DNA of 64,000 bases from Candidatus Zhuqueibacterota bacterium. Its GTDB lineage: Bacteria > Zhuqueibacterota > Zhuqueibacteria > Residuimicrobiales > Krinioviventaceae. Made by a program: the position numbers and the translations under genes. This document shows, piece after piece, positions 29,084 through 37,556 of this stretch. How positions within the stretch are numbered: position 1 is the first letter of the stretch; each line of letters opens with the position of its first letter. The stretch is from positions 84,164 through 148,163 of the forward strand of contig JAFGKD010000071.1 of the NCBI GenBank assembly GCA_016928775.1, read 5' to 3'. The notes under the pieces were generated by a model, which did not search any database, was not told the DNA's origin, and worked only from the letters and a program-made list of their open reading frames with translations.

Positions 29084-30106
29084 TCATGATCGCTTCACCT
29101 TGATTAACAGTTTTGTCACCGCGCCAGAATTTGCATCCCAGTCGGCTAACGCGCGCCCGGTTTGACCGAATGGATAGACCTTTGTAATGAGGGATTCAAA
29201 AGGGTGCTCTTTTTTTTCGAGCATTTTAATAACTGCGGGGAAAACATGCAAGGCATTTCGTGAACCGCATATCGTCAATTCTTTGCGGACTACCAGGGTG
29301 CTGTCGAATGACACTTTGGTTTTTGTATAGCCAATATAGACGACGCGTCCGGCAAAGCACACCAGCTCCACCGCCTGGCTGAATGTCTCGGGGATACCCG
29401 CTGCTTCAATAGCCACATTGACACCCTCGTTCCTGGTCCGCTCGTGCACAACCTCGACAAGGTCTTCTTTACTGGAGTTTACGGTGAGATGGGCTCCCAT
29501 CTTTTTGGCATGATGCAGTTTTCGATCGTCAATGTCCGCTACAATAACCGTCGCACCTTTGCGAAGGCACGCGACCAGGACACCCATGCCAATTGCGCCG
29601 GCTCCATAAACAAGGACCGTATCGGTTTCCGATACCAAGCCGCGATTGGTGGCATGGTATCCAACGCTCAGCGGTTCAACAAGTGCCAGTTCCGGCAAAG
29701 ATAATTTTTGCGATGCATGGGCCTTGCTATAATGAATGGCTAATTTCTCGGTCAGCGCGCCGTCGCGCTGAACGCCAAGAGTTTGATTAAATTCACAGGT
29801 GTTGGTGCGGCCAATCCGGCAGGCCGGGCACATGCCACAATTTGTATAGGGTGAGATCATCACCTTGTCACCGAGGCTGAGTCTGTCCGGCACGTTTGCA
29901 CCTTTGTCAATGATGATGCCGCTTATTTCATGACCCGGTATACGCGGATAGTCCATTCCGGGCATTTTGCCGCGATAGGTTGACAGGTCACTGCCGCAGA
30001 GTCCCACAAAATGAACATCGATTAAAATATCTTCCACACCCATGACCGGTTCAGGGATGTCAAAAAAATCTGTTTTTCCAGGTTCTGTTAAACGAAAGGC
30101 TTTCAT
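29084..30106 (-). CDS. Zinc-dependent dehydrogenase (L-galactonate 5-dehydrogenase-like)
   Basis: GLCGSD, GHE, CxxCxxC..C, GAGAIG, GSRNA; start MKAFRL at 30106. Confidence 0.88.
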   Translation of the reverse strand: MKAFRLTEPGKTDFFDIPEPVMGVEDILIDVHFVGLCGSDLSTYRGKMPGMDYPRIPGHEISGIIIDKGANVPDRLSLGDKVMISPYTNCGMCPACRIGRTNTCEFNQTLGVQRDGALTEKLAIHYSKAHASQKLSLPELALVEPLSVGYHATNRGLVSETDTVLVYGAGAIGMGVLVACLRKGATVIVADIDDRKLHHAKKMGAHLTVNSSKEDLVEVVHERTRNEGVNVAIEAAGIPETFSQAVELVCFAGRVVYIGYTKTKVSFDSTLVVRKELTICGSRNALHVFPAVIKMLEKKEHPFESLITKVYPFGQTGRALADWDANSGAVTKLLIKVKRS

Positions 30107-30936
30107 AATTGATAAAATTTGACCGCATTTCCTCCCCAAAATGCGGCTTTCTCCATATCGGAAAAGTTATGTTTATCAAGATATGATTCAACAATATCGA
30201 TCACTTTATCGTAAGATGCGGCCAGTGTACACACGGGCCAGTCCGAACCGAACAATAGACGATCCATTCCGAATGCATTGATAATGACGTCGAGATAGGG
30301 CTCAAAGTCTGCAAGCTGCCAGTGCTGCCAGTCCGCTTCCGTGACCAATCCCGAGATTTTACAAAATACATGCGGAAAAGCGGCGAGCTGTTGTATGTGC
30401 TTTTTCCAGGGTGAGAGAAAACCATCTTTGATGGCCGGTTTGCCAATATGATCGAGCATAAAACGATGTTCCGGGAAGTTTTTGACGAGTTCACTGCACG
30501 CGGCCAATTGTTTTGGAAAGATCAAAATATCGTATGTCAGGTTATGCTCCAACAGCTTTTCAACACCGCGCATAAAAGTTTCGCCAAGCAAAAAACGAAC
30601 GTCCGGCTCATCCTGCACCACATGACGGACGCCGACAAATTTGGGGTGTGATGCAAAACGCGCCAACTGCTCGTCCAGGTGCTCGCTGCGCAGATCGACC
30701 CAACCAACAACACCTTCGATCACCGGGTGTTGATCCGCCAGATCAAGCAACCATTGTGTTTCCGCACTGGTTTGGCGGGCCTGCACGGCAACCGAACCGG
30801 CAAAACCGTTTGTCGTCAGGATTTTCTCCAACTCATTCGGGAGAAAATCTCGCCTGAGTGTCGCCATGCTATCTGTTATCCAGCCATATTCCGCTGCTGA
30901 ATAATGCCAAAAATGCTGATGAGCATCGATCTTCAT
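30103..30936 (-). CDS. Amidohydrolase-family sugar lactonase (L-fucono/L-galactono-1,5-lactonase-like)
   Basis: MKIDAHQHFW, VAVQA, LDHIGKP, KISG, FGSDWPVC; start at 30936. Confidence 0.9.
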   Translation of the reverse strand: MKIDAHQHFWHYSAAEYGWITDSMATLRRDFLPNELEKILTTNGFAGSVAVQARQTSAETQWLLDLADQHPVIEGVVGWVDLRSEHLDEQLARFASHPKFVGVRHVVQDEPDVRFLLGETFMRGVEKLLEHNLTYDILIFPKQLAACSELVKNFPEHRFMLDHIGKPAIKDGFLSPWKKHIQQLAAFPHVFCKISGLVTEADWQHWQLADFEPYLDVIINAFGMDRLLFGSDWPVCTLAASYDKVIDIVESYLDKHNFSDMEKAAFWGGNAVKFYQL

Positions 30937-31991
30937 TTCTGCACCACCTGACCGAGATAGGGATAATTGTTCGCGATTAATCCCGCGTTTTTCATCGCCA
31001 TCCAAAAATCGCTGGAAAGCTCCGTTGAAACGGAGGCGATATTTTGTCGCACACGTTGTGGATTGCTCGTATTGAGCGCGATACTGAGGATGCCGGGATG
31101 CGACAGTCCGAACTGCACACAAGCCGTGGCCGGCGCGGCAGCAAAATCCTGACATACGGAAAAAAACTTTTTTCGCCAGTCAAAATATGTTTTATCCGTT
31201 TCGCTCCGCGGATTGAGGATGCGGTAGTCAAAATAGCGTCCGCCAGTCAAAAAGCCGGCGTGAAAAACTGCCGAGTTGAAAATGCCAATGCCTCTTTCGG
31301 TGAGTTCATCGAGGAAATCGAGCACCTCGGGTGGATGCTTCAGGATGGTAAAACTGACAGCCAGCATCACCCAATCCAGATCTATCTCACTTGTAATGTC
31401 GCGGATAACGTGCCAGTCCTTGGCGCCGACGCCAATGGCTTTGGCCAATCCCTGTTCCTTGAGTTCGAACAGGGCACGATAGGCGTCGATGATGTCCTGA
31501 AAGGCCCGGGATCGTTCACGGGGTGTCGTTGCAGCAGCAAGGTATTCATCCGGATCATGTACGGATAGAAGCCGTGGGGAGTAATTCTCTCCGAGCAATT
31601 GACAGCCTTGCTCCCAGCACTCGTATATACCGTCGTAGCTGATTTTTTGTATGGCGTCATGTTTGATATTTGCCCACACACCGCGCTCAAAAGTTGGCTC
31701 CGGCGTTGTGAGGGGAACACGATACCAGCCCATCTTGTTGCTTATAACAATCCGTTTTGCTGGTATGTCCAGCTCCTGCAATCCCTGCCCGATCACCTCG
31801 AGTGCGAGACCGGCGCCATACTTGCCCGCCGAGTCCAATAGAACGAGACCGGACATGTTATTGAACATCTCTCGCAAAATGTCCAGTTTGATCTCCCGGG
31901 ATAATGGCTGATATAAATTCCCGAGACAGCTTGTGCCAAAGATGATGGGCGGAATATCGAGTCCTGTTTTTCCCAGCTTTTTGTATGTCAT
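30933..31991 (-). CDS. Aldo/keto reductase (D-threo-aldose 1-dehydrogenase; L-galactose/L-fucose dehydrogenase-like)
   Basis: FGTSCLGNLY, DSAGKYGAGLA, SNKMG, VHDPDEY, HAGFL. Confidence 0.85.
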   Translation of the reverse strand: MTYKKLGKTGLDIPPIIFGTSCLGNLYQPLSREIKLDILREMFNNMSGLVLLDSAGKYGAGLALEVIGQGLQELDIPAKRIVISNKMGWYRVPLTTPEPTFERGVWANIKHDAIQKISYDGIYECWEQGCQLLGENYSPRLLSVHDPDEYLAAATTPRERSRAFQDIIDAYRALFELKEQGLAKAIGVGAKDWHVIRDITSEIDLDWVMLAVSFTILKHPPEVLDFLDELTERGIGIFNSAVFHAGFLTGGRYFDYRILNPRSETDKTYFDWRKKFFSVCQDFAAAPATACVQFGLSHPGILSIALNTSNPQRVRQNIASVSTELSSDFWMAMKNAGLIANNYPYLGQVVQK

Positions 31992-33238
31992 GTCGTTACA
32001 AAGAGTGGTTTCAGATGGCGCTCATAGATGTTATTGCAAACATTCTCTGCGACCACCTGTTCATATCGCTCGAGTGCGTTCAGATAACGATCTCCCATTT
32101 CGGCAGCGACTTTGTAGCCGATGTGCAGCAATTGCCGAAAATGCGGATTATATTTTTTGTTGGTTTGATCGTGGCGCAATATCTCGGCATATTGTCTGCC
32201 ATCCCAACCATCCACATCAACCGGCGAGGGAAGCGCCCGCATATCCATATCAATAACCGAGGCATAAGGTTTAGCTAGTTCATCATAGCGATTGACCGCC
32301 TGGCGGTATACATCCCGGGCGATATCTAGTCCTTCGCCGCCGGCAAGCGCCAGTCCGATCAATTCTTCGAGCCAGGTTGTTCCGGCTGTTTTGATGTGCA
32401 GGCCGGTTTCAAATTTTTGTATGGCTGTGCGCATCGGAGTATAAAGCGAAAATTTGTCACTTCCCGAATGGACGCTGAGTTTCAAATTGGTCGGGAGTGA
32501 AAATTCCCGAATGGCGAACTGAATGACCGCCACATCCTGTTCAAACTCCCGGGTGAATTTTTCAAGATCCCCGATATAGTCAACGCCTTTGTTGAAACGG
32601 CCGGTGAATTTGGGAGCAATTGTTTGCACCGGCATACCGCGCGCTGACAGCGCTGCCAATATGAAGAACAGCTCGACCGGCGTTTGCGGTTCGTCGGTTT
32701 CGTCCATGGATACCTCGGTGACAAAATTATCCGCGCCTTTCTGCTCGACGAGGTGTTGATAAATTCGATTCGCTTCTTCAATAGCGTAGAGATATTTTTC
32801 ACCAATGCTACGGATCAAATCTTTGGTGATGTGAAAGGTCTGTTCAATAGAAGGAATGGACAATCTTCCGATATATTTTGAATTTTGTGTGACAAAGGTC
32901 TGGATAGCGGTTTCATCGGCTTTTTTGCCAATGTAATCAGCCACATCCAGGGTGAAAAAATCACACACCGGAATGAACGGTTCGATGATTTTTAGACTGA
33001 CGTGATCCGCATCGACAAAATAAGGTTCATCCCAATCCAGGGCTTTTACGGCGGCATCTGCTTCGGCGCGTGTATCGGCGGGACGGGTGTGAATAATCGT
33101 ATGCTCGCGATAGGATTTATTCCACACCGGCACCACATCAAGACCGACTGTTTGGGCTCGTTTAACCGCGCAAAGCTGCGCTACACCTTGATGACCGAAT
33201 CGATCACCAAGTCCGATTGAATATTTACCTAAAACCAT
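31988..33238 (-). CDS. uxaE: Tagaturonate/fructuronate epimerase
   Basis: GLGDRFG, DADH, EVSMDET, APKFTGRFNKGVDY, KLSVHSGSDKFS, HIKTAGTTWLE; start MVLGKY at 33238. Confidence 0.9.
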   Translation of the reverse strand: MVLGKYSIGLGDRFGHQGVAQLCAVKRAQTVGLDVVPVWNKSYREHTIIHTRPADTRAEADAAVKALDWDEPYFVDADHVSLKIIEPFIPVCDFFTLDVADYIGKKADETAIQTFVTQNSKYIGRLSIPSIEQTFHITKDLIRSIGEKYLYAIEEANRIYQHLVEQKGADNFVTEVSMDETDEPQTPVELFFILAALSARGMPVQTIAPKFTGRFNKGVDYIGDLEKFTREFEQDVAVIQFAIREFSLPTNLKLSVHSGSDKFSLYTPMRTAIQKFETGLHIKTAGTTWLEELIGLALAGGEGLDIARDVYRQAVNRYDELAKPYASVIDMDMRALPSPVDVDGWDGRQYAEILRHDQTNKKYNPHFRQLLHIGYKVAAEMGDRYLNALERYEQVVAENVCNNIYERHLKPLFVTT

Positions 33239-33264
33239 ACTGTGCCTTTTATGTGCATGTGATA

Positions 33265-34326
33265 TTAATTGGAAAATGAATTCAACCACGCCACAGCCGC
33301 ATCGCGTTTTTGCGACATCGTTGCAGCGTCAGCAGGGAGTTTGACCAGGCGCCACGATATATCAAAACGGATTGATCCGCCGATATTGAGCTGCGCAAAT
33401 GGACTCAACAGCTCAAGCTCGGTGTATTGCGGTGATGTATAAACTTCAGCGCTGAGCCCGCCATCCGGATAAGTCCCGGTCTGCCGGCGGAAGAATTCGC
33501 CGATAACAACATTTTCGACGATGGCCCCGAGCCAGTGATCCGAATCCGCACCCGCTTTGAGTTGTCGTGATGGATGAGGAACAAAAGTGGCGATGTTTTC
33601 ATCCATGCTTATTTGAGCACCGGCTTCATTTGACCACAGATGGATTTTATTTGGCAGGGAGCTGGCAGGGTTCAGGTTAAAGATGGCCATGTGCGGTGAC
33701 CGAATTTGCGTGATATTCCAAATTGTGTAATCAATTGGTTCGACCGAGCTATTTTGCGCCCGTTTCACCTTTTTAATGGTTTGTTGAATGAGCAGTTGCG
33801 TGCTCTGCGGGTCGAGGGAAATCTCCCGAATACTATAGGCACCACAATAGTCACTGACGTTGCTGGTTATTCTGAGACCATTGGCAATTTCGTCCGCTTG
33901 ATGCGCACCGCCATCGAACCAATGATCCGGCGGCCAACTATGACCATTGATCGCCGGAAATTGACTCTGTTCGGTCGGCCATACTTTGTCACCACCAAAG
34001 TTTGCCCAGGTGATTTGGCCGTTTACTCGATAGGGCTGACCGCTCGGCAATGTCTTGCCATATAAAGACGGATCATCCCACAAAACATTGGCGCCACCCA
34101 CATAACCGTAATACATAATTCGTCCTATAGCCGGTACAACGACGACTTTGACCAGTCCATTGGTCATTTCGTAGGAATTTTCCCAGCCGTTGTAAGTGAT
34201 TTTGGTGACTGTAACCTCTCCCGTTGGTCCAGGAGCTGTCGGCGTATTGTTTTTTGAATTTTTTGAACACATTGTCGACACCGTTATGAGACAAATGAAA
34301 AGACTAAAGGCAAGCACTTTTTTCAT
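33265..34326 (-). CDS. DUF4380-like exported protein (galactose mutarotase-like fold)
   Basis: Signal/lipoprotein N-terminus; YNGWENS, VPAIGRIM, NFGGDKVWP, YTELELLSP; GAGGTG RBS before ATG 34326. Confidence 0.62.
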   Translation of the reverse strand: MKKVLAFSLFICLITVSTMCSKNSKNNTPTAPGPTGEVTVTKITYNGWENSYEMTNGLVKVVVVPAIGRIMYYGYVGGANVLWDDPSLYGKTLPSGQPYRVNGQITWANFGGDKVWPTEQSQFPAINGHSWPPDHWFDGGAHQADEIANGLRITSNVSDYCGAYSIREISLDPQSTQLLIQQTIKKVKRAQNSSVEPIDYTIWNITQIRSPHMAIFNLNPASSLPNKIHLWSNEAGAQISMDENIATFVPHPSRQLKAGADSDHWLGAIVENVVIGEFFRRQTGTYPDGGLSAEVYTSPQYTELELLSPFAQLNIGGSIRFDISWRLVKLPADAATMSQKRDAAVAWLNSFSN

Positions 34327-34420
34327 AGAATTCACCTCGTGGTGTGTGGGCAGAATATGGAAAGAAAGATAATAAGGTGGTCGGACATTTCAAAGGAGAA
34401 AAACGGCGGCAGCACTTTGC

Positions 34421-35575
34421 CTAAGCTGCCAGGAGAATAATTTCAGCAATTTCATCCGGACCAATCGTTCCGTGCTCGCCTAATGTGCTGCCGCGCTGTT
34501 GATGTGATGCGGATATTTGTCGCACATCCGCCGGCGTCAAATTCACATCGGCGAGGCAAACCGGCACATGCAAACTTTTGAAAAACTCGATGGTTTTTGC
34601 GATGGCCTGGTCAACGACCTGATTTTCGTCGTCTTGCGCCAGTCCCCATACTCGACGACCATATTGCGCCAGTTTTTTGAATTTGGCTTTTTTCTGATGT
34701 TTGAGCACGGCTGGCAGAAAGATTGCTAACGTGCGGGCATGGTCAATGCCGTGCAGGGCGGTCAGTTCGTGGCCGATCTGATGTGTCGTCCAATCGGTTG
34801 GCACACCGCGACTCAGGAGAGTATTCAGCGCCAGCGTTGCTGCCCACATGAGGGTAGCGCGAGTGTCGTAATCCAGCGGATTTTGCAGCGCCTTGGGTCC
34901 TTCTTCAACGAGGGTGAGCAAAATGGATTCAGCGAGTCTGTCCTGCAAGGGCGCATTCACCGGGAAAGTCAGATATTGCTCAATGACATGCACAAAGGTA
35001 TCAACGACACCATTGGCCACTTGTCGTTCCGGCAGGGTATAGGTCGTTTCAGGATCGAGGATGGCGAACTGTGGAAAGACATGTTTATCGATAAATGCCA
35101 GTTTTTCACCTGTTTCTTCGCGGGAGATCACCGCATTGGGATTGGACTCGGACCCGGTAGCCGGCAATGTTAAAACGCAACCAAGAGGCAGGGCCGCTTC
35201 CAATGGGAGGCTCTTGCGGACAAAATCCCAGGGTTCATCACCACGCCACAAAGCGGCAGCGGCAATAAACTTGGAGGCATCCAGGACTGATCCACCACCA
35301 ACAGACAAGATGAAATCAATATTTTCGTTTTTGACGATCCGGACGGCCTGCATACAGGTACGATATTGCGGATTCGGCTCGATTCCGCCATATTCAATAA
35401 CCTTGTGCTCCTTCAGCGCAGTCATGACCTGATCATACACACCGTTCTTTTTAATCGATCCGCCGCCATAGGTTAATAAAATCTTTAAATCATTTGACAG
35501 CAGGTTTTTAAGCTCGGCAATCGTTCCCTTGCCAAAGACAATTTTTGTAGGATTGTGATAGGTAAAATTGTACAT
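34421..35575 (-). CDS. Iron-containing alcohol dehydrogenase (YqhD/BdhA-like)
   Basis: NPTKIVFGKG, GGGSVLDASK, TLPATGSE, DWTTHQIGHELTALHGIDHA. Confidence 0.93.
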   Translation of the reverse strand: MYNFTYHNPTKIVFGKGTIAELKNLLSNDLKILLTYGGGSIKKNGVYDQVMTALKEHKVIEYGGIEPNPQYRTCMQAVRIVKNENIDFILSVGGGSVLDASKFIAAAALWRGDEPWDFVRKSLPLEAALPLGCVLTLPATGSESNPNAVISREETGEKLAFIDKHVFPQFAILDPETTYTLPERQVANGVVDTFVHVIEQYLTFPVNAPLQDRLAESILLTLVEEGPKALQNPLDYDTRATLMWAATLALNTLLSRGVPTDWTTHQIGHELTALHGIDHARTLAIFLPAVLKHQKKAKFKKLAQYGRRVWGLAQDDENQVVDQAIAKTIEFFKSLHVPVCLADVNLTPADVRQISASHQQRGSTLGEHGTIGPDEIAEIILLAA

Positions 35576-35608
35576 GCTGACCTCAATCGCTTTGTGCTCT
35601 TTTGATCA

Positions 35609-36283
35609 TTATGTCGATACCGCTTCCAGTTTTTTGAGGCGTTCTTCGTGGTCGTCCAGTCTATTTTCCTGGCGAGTCAGAGCGTGATTTACCGCTGATT
35701 TTTCGGTTTGATAGCTGTCAATTTTTTTCGCCAGGCCGTCGATAGCAGCCATGAGCAAGTGGAATTTTTTATCTGCATCTGCTTTGGTTTCCAGCAGTTT
35801 CATATCCTCGCGAATATTTACTACTTCTACAACAAGTCGATCGATTCTTTCGCTATTATAATCAACTTTCGTTTTTAACTCCTCAATACCCACGGTATTT
35901 TTTGCCACCTGTTGAGCAACGAGTTCAAGATCCTTTTTATCGGCTTTTTTATCCAGCTCTCGGCGGATTTCATTGACCGTTGTTTGATCGGCCTTTTTGG
36001 CTAATTCTCTGCGGATTTCATCGACAGTCGTTTGATCAGCTTTTTTCGCTAATTCCTTGCGGATCTCATCGACCGTTGTTTGATCGGCCTTTTTAGCCAG
36101 CTCTTTGCGGATTTCATCGACAGTCGTTTGAGCAGCTTTTTGAGTCAGCTCTTTTCGCGTGTCATCAAGCGCTTTTTGGTTGGCTTTTGTAGCAAGCTCT
36201 CGCTCAAAGTCCGAAAACTTGTTCTCCAGATTTTCGAGACGTCTTTCAATGCCGGCAAATTTGTCCTGGCTATCTGAATTCAT
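35609..36283 (-). CDS. Coiled-coil protein with 16-aa tandem repeats
   Basis: (ELAKKADQTTVDEIRK)n; GGGGGA RBS and a sigma70-like promoter upstream. Confidence 0.8.
   Translation of the reverse strand: MNSDSQDKFAGIERRLENLENKFSDFERELATKANQKALDDTRKELTQKAAQTTVDEIRKELAKKADQTTVDEIRKELAKKADQTTVDEIRRELAKKADQTTVNEIRRELDKKADKKDLELVAQQVAKNTVGIEELKTKVDYNSERIDRLVVEVVNIREDMKLLETKADADKKFHLLMAAIDGLAKKIDSYQTEKSAVNHALTRQENRLDDHEERLKKLEAVST
35964..36155. repeat. Coding tandem repeat, 4 x 48 bp, alternating A/B units
   Basis: Units start at 35964, 36012, 36060, 36108; units 1 and 3 share GACCGTTGTTTGATCGGCC, units 2 and 4 share GACAGTCGTTTGA.CAGC. Confidence 0.9.
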
Positions 36284-36323
36284 ACTATCCCCCTATCGTT
36301 TTTTCTCGATGTTGCATGTGAAA

Positions 36324-36352
36324 AATATAGCTGTACTGGAATAAAAAGTCAA
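36324..36352 (-). promoter_or_regulatory. Putative sigma70 promoter of the coiled-coil gene
   Basis: TTGACT-17 bp-TATATT on the minus strand. Confidence 0.55.
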
Positions 36353-36476
36353 GCGGAATTCCAGGCCAATTTCGGCTCCTAAATTATTTCGGCCATAATT
36401 TTCCTGGCACACAACGGCTCTTTATCATAATGTTATTTCCTACCTGCGCGGGAAAGATAATTTCAAAAAAAATTGC

Positions 36477-36506
36477 TTGGAAAAGAGCATAAACTCTTCG
36501 TATAAT
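36477..36506 (+). promoter_or_regulatory. Putative sigma70 promoter with a palindrome in the spacer
   Basis: TTGGAA-18 bp-TATAAT; spacer contains AAGAG-cataaa-CTCTT. Confidence 0.45.
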
Positions 36507-36593
36507 TCGCCCACATTTTGAATATCATGACCTTTTACGAATGAACGTCGAGCAAAAGCAAAATAAAAAGATTTTGTTGAATGAAAGGATGAT

Positions 36594-37541
36594 ATGAAAA
36601 CAAAGTTGCTTATTGTTATTTATATTTTTATGTATTCTTTATTGTCGCCGACTTTTCACGCGGATCAGACTGCATCGGTACCTTTTCAAAATTCTTTGCC
36701 ATTTCAAATTCCTGAAGATCAGATTCGACCGCTGTTAAACATGACCTCTCTTGCTTTGCAGGAGCATCTCGTCAGCAAACTGGTACAAAATGTGACATGG
36801 GAAAGCCTGATCCGGCGGAAAAAAATGGCGGTTGGTGTTGTCGACCTGCGAGATCTAAATGACATCAAATACGCCAGCGTCAATGGTAACAAGATGATGT
36901 ATGCCGCCAGTTTGCCGAAGCTGGCCATTTTGCTCGGCGCCGCACAGGCGCTGGAAAACGGCAGCTTGCAGGAAACAGAGCAAGTGCTGCACGACATGCG
37001 GATCATGATCAGCAAATCCGACAACGAAGCTGCGACGCGAATGATCGACCGCATAGGTTTTGATCAGATCGAGCAAACACTTTGTGATCCCCGCTACGAA
37101 TTGTATGATATAAAACGCGGCGGTGGCCTGTGGGTTGGTAAAAGATACGCCAAAACCGGGAAACGACATGGGGATCCAATGTACAATATCAGTCACGGCG
37201 CAACGGTCACACAGGTTTGTCGATTTTATTATCTCCTGGCTATGGGTAAACTGGTGAGTTGGGATCGTTCCAAACAGATGCTCGATATAATGGTAGCGCC
37301 AGAAATTCATCATAAATTCGTAAATTCATTTGATCGACTTGCTCCAGAAGCAACGGTGTATCGCAAATCCGGCACATGGAAAAATTATCACGCCGATTCA
37401 GCACTCATTTGGGGACCGGTCTGGCGTCGCTACATTGTCGTTGGTCTAGTGGAGGATAGCCGCGGCGAAGAGATTCTGCGCGAGTTGATACCAACCATAG
37501 AACAAGTGCTCCTCGAAAACTCGGGTGAAACAAAATTGTAA
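36594..37541 (+). CDS. Exported class A beta-lactamase-fold serine hydrolase
   Basis: Signal peptide; SxxK (ASLPK), SDN, KSG. Confidence 0.85.
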   Translation: MKTKLLIVIYIFMYSLLSPTFHADQTASVPFQNSLPFQIPEDQIRPLLNMTSLALQEHLVSKLVQNVTWESLIRRKKMAVGVVDLRDLNDIKYASVNGNKMMYAASLPKLAILLGAAQALENGSLQETEQVLHDMRIMISKSDNEAATRMIDRIGFDQIEQTLCDPRYELYDIKRGGGLWVGKRYAKTGKRHGDPMYNISHGATVTQVCRFYYLLAMGKLVSWDRSKQMLDIMVAPEIHHKFVNSFDRLAPEATVYRKSGTWKNYHADSALIWGPVWRRYIVVGLVEDSRGEEILRELIPTIEQVLLENSGETKL

Positions 37542-37556
37542 AGCTTTGTTCCTGAT

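Noticed and set aside
30937..31155. N-terminal extensions of ORF-track calls (also 10017-10199 and 46393-46497)
   Set aside because: They overlap upstream genes, and family motifs begin at downstream ATGs
35964..36155. 48-bp repeats as a CRISPR array
   Set aside because: Contiguous in-frame units with no spacers and mostly synonymous variation; no cas genes
36594..37541. Beta-lactam resistance gene
   Set aside because: No Glu166-type motif visible and no mobile or resistance context
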